From Schizochytrium sp. TIO01 (lineage: Eukaryota > Protista > Bigyra: Labyrinthulomycetes): a DNA stretch of 64,000 nt. The DNA lies in the NCBI GenBank assembly GCA_004764695.1, contig SMSO01000025.1:3844001-3908000 (forward strand). The letters are read 5' to 3'. The number at the start of each line of letters is the position of its first letter. The first letter of the stretch is position 1. Made by a program: the position numbers and the translations under genes. Of this stretch, positions 47,469-58,663 are shown one piece after another. The notes under the pieces are model-generated. The model did not search any database, had not been told where the DNA came from, and saw only the letters and a list, made by a program, of their open reading frames with translations.

Positions 47469-49031
47469 ATGGGCAAGGACCGACAAGTTTGGATTCTTCC
47501 TCAAGGGCGTCCAGCATTGCAGGTCCCTGTTCGCAGCTCAGATTTGCTTTATTTGCGTGCTCCACATGTTCCCATAGGTTATGCATTTGCAGAGTTGCTA
47601 CCAGAGCAAGCGCTACAAGATGGATTACAGGCTACCATCGATCGTTTCCCAATTATGGCTGGCCGCCTCCAAAAATTCAACGAAGGAAAACCGTACCGTA
47701 TCGTGCTTGAAAAGTCGCAAGGTTGCCCTTTGACATTCCGCACAAGGCGATGGGCACCTCCTGAATCTAAGGAAACACCTAAAGCATCCTCATGGAATAA
47801 GTTCTTCGCGGCACCTGTGAAAGATGAACTTTTCGAGACTGATTCATCTGTACCTCCGTTCGTGGCGCATGTTACTTGGTTGCCGGCACATGAGCATACT
47901 ATTCTTACCGTGAGTTTTGTTCATGTTTTTATGGATGGTTCGGCGATTTCGCATTTCCTGAACACCTGGTCGCACTTCGCAGGCATCGCTGCTGGCGTCT
48001 CCCCTCTACCCGCGCAAGCTCCACCGCTACCTGATCTTAACCGCGAATGCTCCTTCGACCAAAATATTCTTGACGAGGTACATGACAATATGGGCAAGGA
48101 ACAAGATGGCCCCATGTCTGTACTTCAGGTCGTCAAATTTCTCCGTGCTTGGGCTGTTCTACGGTTTCGAGCAGTTAGAGGTGACTTTGTACTTGATATG
48201 GACAAGGTTAAGAATCTTAAAGATGAAGTGTCAGAAACCTTGCCTCCCAACACGTGGGTTAGTACATATGAGGTGATGATGGCAATACTTCTAAAACTTT
48301 TGCACGAAGCAGACTTTGGTGCCGAGGCCGAGAAATATCCCATCAATACCCGGATTCTAGTCAATGCGCGTGGACGTGGCAACCTTGATTCACAATACTA
48401 TGTTGGGAACTCCCTTGCCTATGTAGCGATACATATTGAACCAGAAGACCATTCAGCCCGCGGTCCTGGGCCTAACGCGTGGCTTGCTAAGATTGCACTT
48501 CGCATTCACAGTGAATTAAGGCCTAAAATGAAAGATAAAAACTTGCTAGATCGTCTACATTATGTTTACGAAGACGGTGTAAATAATCGTGGTGCTATGC
48601 GCAATGTAGTCACACGACTTGCATGGATCAAACCTTGGCTCATTAATTCATTCACTACAGATTCCGTGTGCAATTCATGGTTAGGGTACAACTGGTTTGA
48701 AGCAAATTTCGGTGGACATACAACTCCTTACCTCATGTATGTACCTAAATCTTTCTCGCAACGTCGCATGAACTTTATCTCTCCGCGCACAGAAACCGAG
48801 GTTCTCGTTCGAATGCATTTGCATAAGTCCAAATTGCGTCGTTTTGCTCGAGCTGTTAAGAGATACGATCTTCCTCTGGTCCGTCTAGATGAATTTGATC
48901 CTAGTGATCTTGATTCGAATGCATCAAATGCAGATTCCAAGCATATGTCATGGATGTCTTTGGATTACTTCGCACCTCCTGCATCCAAGGCTTCTACAGG
49001 TTTGGTGGCCTCCCAGCCTGAACAAGACTAA
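47469..49031 (+). CDS. BAHD-family (Transferase, PF02458-type) acyl-CoA-dependent acyltransferase
   Basis: FPIMAGRL, catalytic HVFMDG (HxxxDG), STYEVMMA, VNARGR..YVGN, and the DFGWG-like ANFGG. Confidence 0.88.
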   Translation: MGKDRQVWILPQGRPALQVPVRSSDLLYLRAPHVPIGYAFAELLPEQALQDGLQATIDRFPIMAGRLQKFNEGKPYRIVLEKSQGCPLTFRTRRWAPPESKETPKASSWNKFFAAPVKDELFETDSSVPPFVAHVTWLPAHEHTILTVSFVHVFMDGSAISHFLNTWSHFAGIAAGVSPLPAQAPPLPDLNRECSFDQNILDEVHDNMGKEQDGPMSVLQVVKFLRAWAVLRFRAVRGDFVLDMDKVKNLKDEVSETLPPNTWVSTYEVMMAILLKLLHEADFGAEAEKYPINTRILVNARGRGNLDSQYYVGNSLAYVAIHIEPEDHSARGPGPNAWLAKIALRIHSELRPKMKDKNLLDRLHYVYEDGVNNRGAMRNVVTRLAWIKPWLINSFTTDSVCNSWLGYNWFEANFGGHTTPYLMYVPKSFSQRRMNFISPRTETEVLVRMHLHKSKLRRFARAVKRYDLPLVRLDEFDPSDLDSNASNADSKHMSWMSLDYFAPPASKASTGLVASQPEQD

Positions 49032-49401
49032 ATAACTTAGTCTAGATGAAGATATACTACAACCTAAACTACTGCACACATATAAAGTCATCCATCTAGT
49101 AGAGTTGTTAAAAACGTTACTTTGTTGAATTTCTATTAAGATCCTACTTTTTACTATTTTCAGCACATAATGAACGTTGTGTTTTCCTTGTTGCATTTAT
49201 TTCAAGTTATGAATACTCTGTAAACATTTGATGAACTGATTTGTCACTGTGGGCAGAATGGAAACGGACTGAAATATAATCAGAAAATGTTCATTAAAGT
49301 TTATGTATGTTCCAGTGTCCGCCATTGTTTAGTTTGGAAAAGAAAGTGCGTACACGCATATGATGAGGAGTGTTGCTTTTACAGAGATAAGAATAATACA
49401 T

Positions 49402-52400
49402 TTAAATGGCTGCACAAACCATGCTATCACTACATCCACTGCAATAGACATAAGATGGCACAGCTTTCTCCCAATCTGCCAGGAGAACATCCTGAAGAAT
49501 GAAAAGTACGTAAAGAGCCATCATCGCGACAGCCACAAGACGGTTGACACGCCAACGCGCGCTGGTCCAAAGAATCAAAAGCAAAAGTAAAAAGACACAT
49601 AGGATAATAAAAGATGTGCCAATGTTTGATGCACCTACATGGGTAGCATGACCCCGTGCTGCGTTTGCGATAAGCCAAGCAAACGGCAGACTGACCAAGA
49701 GATCAAAGATGTTACCCTTGATAGAGAGCTCCAGCGAGCGAACAATTGAATAACCGGCATCACCTCTGGCGAGCACGGCACGAAGAATAGACGAAATGAT
49801 ATGAGAAGCATTCAGGCCCAAGGCAAGAATAGTTGAACCCAACGACGCTGACGGAATGTTCAGCGTCAGGGTGATGCTTTCACATGCGAACAGGACCCCC
49901 CATGTCAGCAGTGCAAGCCAAAAGATCGCCATGAGAAGCCAATGTACTCCACCTTTCACGCCAAGACCCTCCGCTGGCCCCGTGCATACAACGGTTGTCA
50001 AATATATTGGGATGCGAATTGGCAGACCGAGAATATGAAAGAACTTATTAATTCGGCCAGCATCCGAGTTGCCATGATCAGGATACCAGATATGAATACC
50101 AGGTACTTTGGTCCCTATAGGACGCCCCCAGGTGTCAAGTTTCTTATCGCTTGACAATCCACCCACAGGTACCAAGGAGCCGTCATCTACAGATTTAGAT
50201 GAAAAGTCAGTATGCCCATGCTTCATTGAAGCACGAATTGTGTTAATGAGATCAGGTTTTCGCATCAGTGCAGCTGTTCCTTGTAAGCGTGGAGAATATG
50301 CCATACATGCGCGGTACCACTCATTGAATTCCAAACGTCCAATTTGGGAGTGTGACTCAATTTCAAGCTTGTCTCGGGTGATTCGCACTACTTCCTTGCT
50401 TGGGTGGCAACCTAAAAGCTGAAGCACAGAGGCAAGTTTTTGCACACTGACAGATCCAGATTCGAGCTCATCGAGTAAATCAAAAGCAGAGTTAATCTCC
50501 CGGATTAAGCGCGCTTCGTTAAGCACAAACCATTTCTTGAATCCTTCCTCTGACGCATGGCCGCCCTGTGTCCTAATAGCTTCTAAAAGCTCTGATACAA
50601 TATCATCGCACGCCTTGTCCCAGCCCGGTCCTGAAAATTCCTTTTTCTTGGCTCCAATAATCTCCACGTCATATTCCTTTACAAATTGGAGCAGAGCTTC
50701 ACGCGAGAGGCGCCCCATACGACCCTGCATGAGTGATTGGTAAGCAGAATGAGAATCCCCTGTCTTTTGGCGCATGATCATAATTGCTGAGGCACGCTGT
50801 AATTGGGGTGACCCTGAAAGAAATGTGTTGCTTGCAAGAAGTTGCAGAATGCCGGCTGTACGATTTAAGCTTGAGGCGCCAGTTGCAGTCCGTGTCATCT
50901 TCTCAAGCATTCGAGCTGCTTGAGAATTTGCTTTGTCCTTCTGCAAGTTCTCACCGAGCTTAGCATGTTCCAGTTGTGCCTGGGTTCGCAGCGTTTCGCG
51001 CACAGCATCTTGCTTGGCCACAGAGTCTGAAGCGCAGAAACAGATTGCAATGATGCGAAAAAAGCGATCTGCGAAGTATTTAATACGGTGGTGAACTCTC
51101 ATAAGAATAAGAAAACCCACATACACCAGGAGTAGCACAATACCTTCGTACCAGGTCAGGATTCCATACTCCACGGGCGCCAGGCGCTCTGGATTACTCC
51201 AAATGCCTTGGTAACAACATTCAGCTTCCTGCCCGAGCCAACAAGCAGCATCTCGAGCATTCACAGAAGCGCTCCAGGACACAGAAAAACGAAACCAGAA
51301 AAGTGCAAGAAGTGCAGATGCCACTATGCAGACACTAAGGTCACGAACAAGAGGCCACCAGTATAAGTATGTTAGCTCGCCATCTCCACGAACAAGATGG
51401 CAAACTGGGAGCACCATGAAGAAATTTAAAGCAGCTGAGCCAAGTGCAAGTCCTACGCCTACTGCTGAGGACTCAGTTCTGGACATACTCAACACATTAA
51501 GAAAGAAAATCGGTACACTGCAACCACCGATCGCTAGGAGTGCAGGACTTGCAAAACTATCTGGTAGCCGAAGACCCTGCGCCAAGCCCATATGAACGGC
51601 GGGCAGCAAGACGCGCTCAACCACGAACGTCATGCCCCACATGAGGTAGACGAGAAAAAATAGTACAAATGTGATCAGACCTTTGGGCTGAACTTCTATT
51701 CCCGTAAAGACAAAACCCATATAACCTGCATCGCAGTCATCGTCATCCTCTACAAGCGTAGCATTGTCGAGCGTGATGACTTCCTGCCCTAGACTTGGTT
51801 GCGTCTCGTGTACCAGCACAGCCACCAAGGTCACCGCAACGACAGGCATATATTTCCACGAAAGCATTTGCAGAGGACGGCGGCGGGACGTTTGCGGATG
51901 ACGTAATAATTCGCCAGCTTCGGTTTCTATGCAGTCAAGAGTAGGTTCTTCACTTTCGTCAGCCCTAATGTCATTTTGTGTGTTGACCCTTGCACCACTA
52001 GAGTTCCCGTTCAAAGTCTCCAAATTGCAGATGCCAGTGAATCTAGCATCATCAGCACTTCTCTCCCCCTGACTGTTTTTTTCTCCATCGCGAATTCCAC
52101 AACAACTTTCTGGCTTTGCGATCTTCATAATGCCGTCATCGCGAGATTCCAAGGTTACTAGAGCCAGCTCCGAAAGTTGGTCCCCAGAAATACCACGGAG
52201 CTCTCGAGAGCGATTCGCAGAAGACAGAACTGCATGTCCAGCGCAGTGCTTTGTCGCGTCTCCAGAGATTGCCCAAGTCCTCCTGCGTTTGCGAGCAGCG
52301 CTGCGGCCTCGCTTCGACGCCAACGTCGAAGCGAGATCCGAAGGCCGCGATGCCCGATGCGGCGCACCCTTCGACGCGGAGCTCGGGCCCTTTGCAGCGC

Positions 52401-52404
52401 CCAT
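49402..52404 (-). CDS. NCKX/CaCA-family cation/Ca2+ exchanger-like protein with an EF-hand-like loop
   Basis: Two TM bundles with alpha-repeat-like segments (VGLALGSAALN, WWPLVRD, LGSTILALG, GNIFDLLV). The central loop has the EF-hand-like FDLLDELESGSVS. The likely start is the ATG at 52404. Confidence 0.85.
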   Translation of the reverse strand: MGAAKGPSSASKGAPHRASRPSDLASTLASKRGRSAARKRRRTWAISGDATKHCAGHAVLSSANRSRELRGISGDQLSELALVTLESRDDGIMKIAKPESCCGIRDGEKNSQGERSADDARFTGICNLETLNGNSSGARVNTQNDIRADESEEPTLDCIETEAGELLRHPQTSRRRPLQMLSWKYMPVVAVTLVAVLVHETQPSLGQEVITLDNATLVEDDDDCDAGYMGFVFTGIEVQPKGLITFVLFFLVYLMWGMTFVVERVLLPAVHMGLAQGLRLPDSFASPALLAIGGCSVPIFFLNVLSMSRTESSAVGVGLALGSAALNFFMVLPVCHLVRGDGELTYLYWWPLVRDLSVCIVASALLALFWFRFSVSWSASVNARDAACWLGQEAECCYQGIWSNPERLAPVEYGILTWYEGIVLLLVYVGFLILMRVHHRIKYFADRFFRIIAICFCASDSVAKQDAVRETLRTQAQLEHAKLGENLQKDKANSQAARMLEKMTRTATGASSLNRTAGILQLLASNTFLSGSPQLQRASAIMIMRQKTGDSHSAYQSLMQGRMGRLSREALLQFVKEYDVEIIGAKKKEFSGPGWDKACDDIVSELLEAIRTQGGHASEEGFKKWFVLNEARLIREINSAFDLLDELESGSVSVQKLASVLQLLGCHPSKEVVRITRDKLEIESHSQIGRLEFNEWYRACMAYSPRLQGTAALMRKPDLINTIRASMKHGHTDFSSKSVDDGSLVPVGGLSSDKKLDTWGRPIGTKVPGIHIWYPDHGNSDAGRINKFFHILGLPIRIPIYLTTVVCTGPAEGLGVKGGVHWLLMAIFWLALLTWGVLFACESITLTLNIPSASLGSTILALGLNASHIISSILRAVLARGDAGYSIVRSLELSIKGNIFDLLVSLPFAWLIANAARGHATHVGASNIGTSFIILCVFLLLLLILWTSARWRVNRLVAVAMMALYVLFILQDVLLADWEKAVPSYVYCSGCSDSMVCAAI

Positions 52405-54497
52405 AGCCGCGGCCAGCAGCCATGCAGCGACGGCGCAGCCTGCCCGATGCCGGTCTGATCCCCGGCGCAAGCTTTTGTGCGCGATTTGGCGCGAGGGAAT
52501 ACTTGAATGTATGAATGAATGTGCAAAGAATGAATTGATCTCGAGGAGGCGCGAAGTTTTAATGAACGAATGAATTGAACACACAATTTTGGTAAATTGA
52601 ATTCTCTTCTTTTTTCTCTCTCTTTCTCTCTCTCGTTATTATTTCAATCGGTCATTATGAAACTTGAACATTGAGGGAGTCTTATGATTCAAGGTAAGCA
52701 GAGCTGTAGCTCTCTACTGTTGTTAGGTAGGTATAAATTGAATTGTGAGCATTACTTTCGTTAGTCAGGAATCAATCATATGGATTGACACAGCTCATGC
52801 TCGAAACGAGAGGAAGAGGAGATCGCCTGAATCTCCATATCGAGTCTTTCCCAAGGCTGCCAAAGCCGTCATTTCATGAAGTTCTAATGAATGTAGTTGT
52901 TACAGTGTAGAAGAATAATGACAACAACAACAACAACAGCAAGAAGAAGTCGTCCTCGTATGAGAAGGAATGCTGCACTTTTGTTACTTATTGTTTTACA
53001 ACCCGCACGAATGAAGACATGAGATCGTGAGGTTGCAATGGACAACCCTGAACGAAGAGGAGGCAGAAGCAAGGTATCCAAGGCAGCGGGCTGTCCTCTG
53101 GCATAATACCTGTCGTGCCAGGTTGCCTGAGGCCGAGCGAGTTCCCGCGGTGCTGATCCGTAAGGCGACAAGAACTTTGATTGATTATCCTTTAAAAGAA
53201 GAGAAAGAAAGAAAGAAAGAACGAAAAAAAATTGTTCGAAAAACGGGAAAGAATAAAGAGAGAAAGGCGCGGCAGAGTCTTGTATTTCAACATTAAAAAC
53301 ATAAAATAATAATAAAAAAATAATAAGGTTTTATGCACAGATCAAAATGCCAATCCTGCCGCACTGCTATGATGGATTGCCAAGCAAGCGTATTGCAATG
53401 CTATGCTGAGGAGCGGAGGGATGAGCGCAGGCCGTCACAGAAGCACCAGCAGCTGGTCTTGCACATGTCAGCCCGTTTTCCATCCATTGGTTTAGTCTAG
53501 TTCGATTCGCCAGCCAGTTTCAACAATGTAACCAACCACAGACAGACTTAATGAGAAAGAAGGAACTACGGAACAGAATAAAAAGAGGAACGAAGAAATG
53601 AAAAGAAACTGTTTTCTCAAATCCTCGAGTTCCTCGCAAAGATAGAGAATAACGCCTTCGAAGAGGTTTCTCTCCGGCCGAAGACAAGTTTGCCTGAGAC
53701 TTCCTCGGGTAGGAAGCAGAATCCATCGACAGCCTGACCTCGAAGGCCTTCCGGAAGAGAGCAGCGGCGACCCAACTTTGTGAAGAGAGGTTTGTTTGTG
53801 CGTGAGCGTTAAACACCTTGACTTTTCATCATGTGCTAGATTGTTTTTTTACACACGATGATCGTGGCTTCGATGTATTGCAAACTTGGCAATCCACAGA
53901 AGTCGTGAAAGCCTTCAACTTTACCAAGAACCGCCGTGGCGATCATGATGGGTCGGCCTTGAGTTTCAGAGGTTTCCGCAAACTCCATTCGCACCCAAAC
54001 ACTGTGGTTGGCTTGGAGCAAGGCGTCCAAGGTGATGGAAAGTGCAGCTTCGCTTGGGTCGGAGCCTGAGGCGCTTTCGAGGAAGCGAAGCTTGCGGATG
54101 CCGAGACCGTCTGCCTCTACAACATGCGTCAGAACTGAAGGTACTGACTGAGCTATTGCTTGGACAGCGAGATCCACGTTGGTTATTCTTCGAAGCTGGC
54201 TTATTAACCGTGCGTTTCATGCGAGGAGACCTCGAGCTTGGGCAGGTCGTCGCGCCCGCGAGCCGGTCTGCGGGAGATGAAACCATGGGCGAAACCTGCA
54301 CTGCAGCGGGGCGCGGTGACCTTGAAGACGGCCGAGTTTTCAGGAGCTCGCTGAGTTTTCAGGAGCTCGCTGGAGCAGAGCGCAATGATCTTTGCGAGAG
54401 GGACTCTTCAAAGCGACCTTGGGACTTCATTCCTGTCACGACAACAAGGACAAATAACTCTGCAAGACTTGTTGCTGAGCTTTGCAAAAAACGCATT

Positions 54498-54650
54498 GCA
54501 AGCAGTGTATGCAATGTATGCAATGTATGCAATGCAAGCAATGCAAGCAATGCAAGCAATGCAAGCAAAGCAAGCAATGCAAGCAATGCAAGCAATGCAA
54601 GCAAAGCAAGCAAAGCAAGCAAAGCAAGCAAAGCAAGCAAAGCAAGCAAG
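54498..54650. repeat. 9-bp minisatellite (gcaatgtat / gcaatgcaa / gcaaagcaa variants)
   Basis: Directly visible, about 16 units. Confidence 0.97.
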
Positions 54651-56102
54651 GCCATCGTTCCGGTGCACGCACATCATCGTCCTATTATAAAAGGAGATTC
54701 AACTTGAGTGTTAATTCTCATGTTTAAAAAGAAGGAGAAAAAGAAACAAAAAAACTGCGAAGGAACTAATGCGATGAAAGAGAGAGATCATATCCTGTCA
54801 AAGGCACTGAACGGCGATGGAAACAAGATGGAGGCACGCGCGCGGCGCCGCGCTTTTCTAATACAACGCCATCGCGACCCCGAGTTAGTTCGATACTGCT
54901 CTCGACACAGCTCGCTTCCGCGATCGACTGACGCCAGCCTCTGGCAGATAATGCTGCTCCGGGGCACTTCGTGCGGGGCCCCGGAAAAACGACCGCATCA
55001 GGAAAGTATATCAGGGAGGTTTCTCTTGCGCCGCGTGTTTGATTGTACTTTCACCTGGTTTTGTGAGAAAGTTTGCACAAAACCGCGAGGGTTCTGTACG
55101 GTTCCTTCATAAGATTAATGCTGAGTGTATGTGTCTGGTATGATATTGTCTCGGGGTGTATAGACATATAAAGGCATACGGCGCGGAGTGTGCGGATATT
55201 AAAGCATAAAGTATGCGGCGCGGAGTACTACTCTGAAAGTAAATCAACTTTTTTTCCATTTGAAAAATATAATTTGTTTTTTGTTTTTCCCGTCATTATA
55301 AAAAGCATCATCAAAACATTGAATTTAGTTCTTTGTGCACATCATCTAGCTAGAGGAAATACACCTGATTTGGCATAAATCACCGAATACGACCCCTCGT
55401 CGTGGCAAAAAGAGGCTGGGATCAGGCGGGGAGCGGCCACGACGGACGCCTACGGATTCGGTACACAGCGAGCCGAAGGAGGGAAGGACTGGCTGCAAAG
55501 AAGAGTGGAAGAAGAAACTTAAAAGAAACGGCGAAGGTGTGCTGGAAAGTCCACACTAGACAGCTGCAGAGAGTCGGACTAGGACAGGTCCCAGTGGAGA
55601 TGTGAGGAAGGCTGTGCATCTGTGCACACCTTGTGCATTCGAATTTATCTTACAGGTCGCCACGTACTTGTTGGAGAGTGTGGCTTTGGCTACGGAGCCT
55701 CTACTTTGGCTTGGAAATGCTGCATGGTGCAGGGTTGAAACGCCCAAGTAAGTTAACAAGAGAGTTACATAAATGTGTTTGCTCTTTTAAAATAAATATA
55801 TATAAAGGGTGTTGCGAAACGAAAGAGGTATGCTCTGCCGATGACAGAGACTGCTACCAAGAGAAGTGACGCAAAGTCGCCAACGAAGCGCGGTGCCAAA
55901 AGACCCTAATGCTGAGATTTCAATAAATAAACATAGTTCTCGAGGGAGAAGCATAATGTAGTGGTTGCTACTCGTAGCTTCAATAAATGCGGTAGTGTGT
56001 GGCGCGGCAGCAAAAAACTGATTTCTGCAATCATATATCCAGTCGTAGGCAGGCATTCCACATCGAGGGCGGTGCGTGGAGCACAGACTGTAGACCCTGG
56101 AC

Positions 56103-57008
56103 ATGAAGCAAGAGGTGGAGAATGATAGAGCCCGCGACAGGTCGATTCAAAAGCCAAACTCCACACCAGAGGTACCTGTAGTCCAGGGGTTACTTGAGCA
56201 ATGGCTCTTCGACGCGATTCATGAACACGATTTAGCCGATGCTCAACTTCGCCTGCGACAGGGAGCTGCAATAGATGGAGTCAAGGCGAGGGCGCCTGTA
56301 AATGGCAGAACTGCTCTTCACGAGGCTGCAGAATGGGGTGCACACGAGATTGCCCAAGCGCTGATATTGGCGGGCGCAAATCCCGATGCTCGAGACCTTT
56401 GCGGCAAGACGCCGCTCCACTGGGTCTGCCGATGTGCAAAACCAAGTGTTGGTCACGTCCTTCTTCAGGCAAATGCTGATCCTAGTGCAACAACATTTGA
56501 CAATTCATGGACCCCATTACATTACCTTGGCCAACATTGGAAAGATAACGATGCGGCTGCATTCGCTCAAGCCTTGCTCAATGCAGGGGCGGATCCTGAG
56601 GCTATCAACGTAACAGGTGACACCCCCCTGCATGTTTGTGCCCAGTTTAACAACGTATACGTTGCCAAAGTCCTTCTTACTTTCACAAATACATGGGGTG
56701 GGAGAGGTAGCAGTATTGCACGACTCCCTCCTCTTGCTGTTGCTGCTTTACATGGGTCAATTGAGGTGGCTAGCCTTCTTGTTGAACAAGGTGCCCAGCC
56801 ATTCAGCCAATGCCAAGGCCTAAGAGCTGCATCTACATCAAGTGCAATTGGTCTGGCGCGAGTTCATGGACACAATCGTCTTGCTAAAATTCTGAAGGGA
56901 CCATTACCCCGCGCTGCTCACACGGCCCCTGCTTATGTCAAAGGTCGACCATCCTCAGCGGTGACCATGCGAGCACGGCGAAAGTTACTGAAAACTGCTG
57001 ACAAGTAA
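56103..57008 (+). CDS. Ankyrin-repeat protein
   Basis: Ankyrin repeats GRTALHEAA, GKTPLHWVC, WTPLHYL, GDTPLHVCA and PPLAVAALHG with GA(N/D)P turns. Confidence 0.93.
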   Translation: MKQEVENDRARDRSIQKPNSTPEVPVVQGLLEQWLFDAIHEHDLADAQLRLRQGAAIDGVKARAPVNGRTALHEAAEWGAHEIAQALILAGANPDARDLCGKTPLHWVCRCAKPSVGHVLLQANADPSATTFDNSWTPLHYLGQHWKDNDAAAFAQALLNAGADPEAINVTGDTPLHVCAQFNNVYVAKVLLTFTNTWGGRGSSIARLPPLAVAALHGSIEVASLLVEQGAQPFSQCQGLRAASTSSAIGLARVHGHNRLAKILKGPLPRAAHTAPAYVKGRPSSAVTMRARRKLLKTADK

Positions 57009-57406
57009 ATTTTCAGATATAAGCGACTCATGAATTGATTGTTTCATTTGAAAGGACCTTTGAATGCATTAACTTCCTCTCTCAAGAATATCAACTAAAT
57101 ATGTTTCTGTTATCGATGTAGACCTTCAGGTTTCTCAAATGTCTCTATTTTTTCATTTTGGTAAACAACATAAATCTCTACCAAACACAAGACTCATGCC
57201 AGTGTAGTTAACGCGCATTTAATAAATGAAACATCTCAACAAAAGGGGAATGATAGTAATTAAGTTAGAATACAAACTTCACATTGCTGACTATACACAT
57301 TAGAAGCGATAGATGGAGAGCACATAAAATTATCCGAGATTTGAAAAAGCACATATTTTGAGGGGCTAGACCCTTTTTTCAAAGTGTCAGCTTGTAAATT
57401 ATGATA

Positions 57407-58663
57407 TCAATCAGTGTACAGGCGGTCATGCAAGAGCTTGTGCTGGAATGAGCGCTGGGTGACCTGCGATGGTCCACTCAGCTGAATGCCCTGGCATTGC
57501 AAGACCTCAGTGAGATACAAAAAGAGCTCAGATTGGATTTTACGAGATGATTCATTGCCAAGATCATGAAACTCTGCACGCACCAATAAATTGCTATCTC
57601 TATCCAACGAAGCCCTGATTTCCTGAATGTCAACACGCAAAACAGGGCCGGGACGAGAAGCGTTGCTATTTCCCCTGCTCCTCTGAGCATTATTTACAAT
57701 GTGTAAGAGATCACGAAGATCATCTGATTTTTGATCTGCGAGATTAAGAGGTAAGCGCATTTCAAGACAATACATATTTTGTGAAAAGTCGACCATCGGA
57801 TATCGAAGGAATTTTTGATTGGGAATGATACTGATGGACTGGTCAAGGTGCCGTAGCACAGTGACGCGCAAGCGCAAAGCTTGCACGTACCCAGGCTTAG
57901 CAACGTCTACAAGACGAATGAGAGTATTTGGGCCAAATTGCCGATCTGAAAACAGCGCAAGCCCTGCAATAATATCTCTCAGAATTGGCGAAATCCCAAT
58001 GACGATAGACATGGTAATAAAATTCAAACCTGTCAAAAGCTTTGTCACTGTAGAAGCGCTGGTTTGGCCATCGTCGCGATTTACAGATATTGCTTGAACA
58101 AAGAACCAGATTGAGAAAATCAATACGAGGATAATCAGCAGTAACTGGACAGCCTCACGAACCACGGGACGATAGAACTCGCTAACCTTTAAAGCCAAAA
58201 CATCGTCGAGGACCTCGAGAAGCCAGAGACTCAGTCTAAACACAGCCATGACAGAGTATGGAAAAATCCACAAGAGAATAAATATCGTAAGGATGGCCTC
58301 ATATAAAAGCGAAACTGTAGGGGAGGAGTCCCGTTGACTCCAATAGTCATTAAAAACGACGAAGACTGCAAGATATGCAAAAGCGGCCATTACTAACGCC
58401 GTGATGGGTCGCAGCATATGATACTGAAAGCGTTTTAACTGGCGAATTCGTCGACCCTGAAGCTCAAAGTTCACAAGCACCAGAAATACCAGTTGTGTCA
58501 AGTACTTGGACGTGAGCATGAGCAGCACACATATTCCAAAGAGGATCCAATTCGTCACAACCTGGTTGAGCGAAGAGAATGCAGCGCGCAGAAGACGCAC
58601 ATCGCTAGCATTGGTCAGGGGAAGCAAGGCTGCCTCTGCAGCACTACCTCCTTCTGACGCCAT
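57407..58663 (-). CDS. MscS-family mechanosensitive channel
   Basis: N-terminal TM helices followed by the MscS signature LRDIIAGLALFSDRQF..GYVQALRLRVTVLRHLDQSISIIPNQKF. Confidence 0.88.
   Translation of the reverse strand: MASEGGSAAEAALLPLTNASDVRLLRAAFSSLNQVVTNWILFGICVLLMLTSKYLTQLVFLVLVNFELQGRRIRQLKRFQYHMLRPITALVMAAFAYLAVFVVFNDYWSQRDSSPTVSLLYEAILTIFILLWIFPYSVMAVFRLSLWLLEVLDDVLALKVSEFYRPVVREAVQLLLIILVLIFSIWFFVQAISVNRDDGQTSASTVTKLLTGLNFITMSIVIGISPILRDIIAGLALFSDRQFGPNTLIRLVDVAKPGYVQALRLRVTVLRHLDQSISIIPNQKFLRYPMVDFSQNMYCLEMRLPLNLADQKSDDLRDLLHIVNNAQRSRGNSNASRPGPVLRVDIQEIRASLDRDSNLLVRAEFHDLGNESSRKIQSELFLYLTEVLQCQGIQLSGPSQVTQRSFQHKLLHDRLYTD

Noticed and set aside
52405-52584. 5' extension of the 1060-aa ORF
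   Set aside because: It starts at GTG and runs through (ATTC)n-like UTR sequence; the ATG at 52404 is more plausible.
54359-54727. Metallothionein/ferredoxin-like CxxC ORFs
   Set aside because: These are products of the 9-bp minisatellite, which is open in all six frames.
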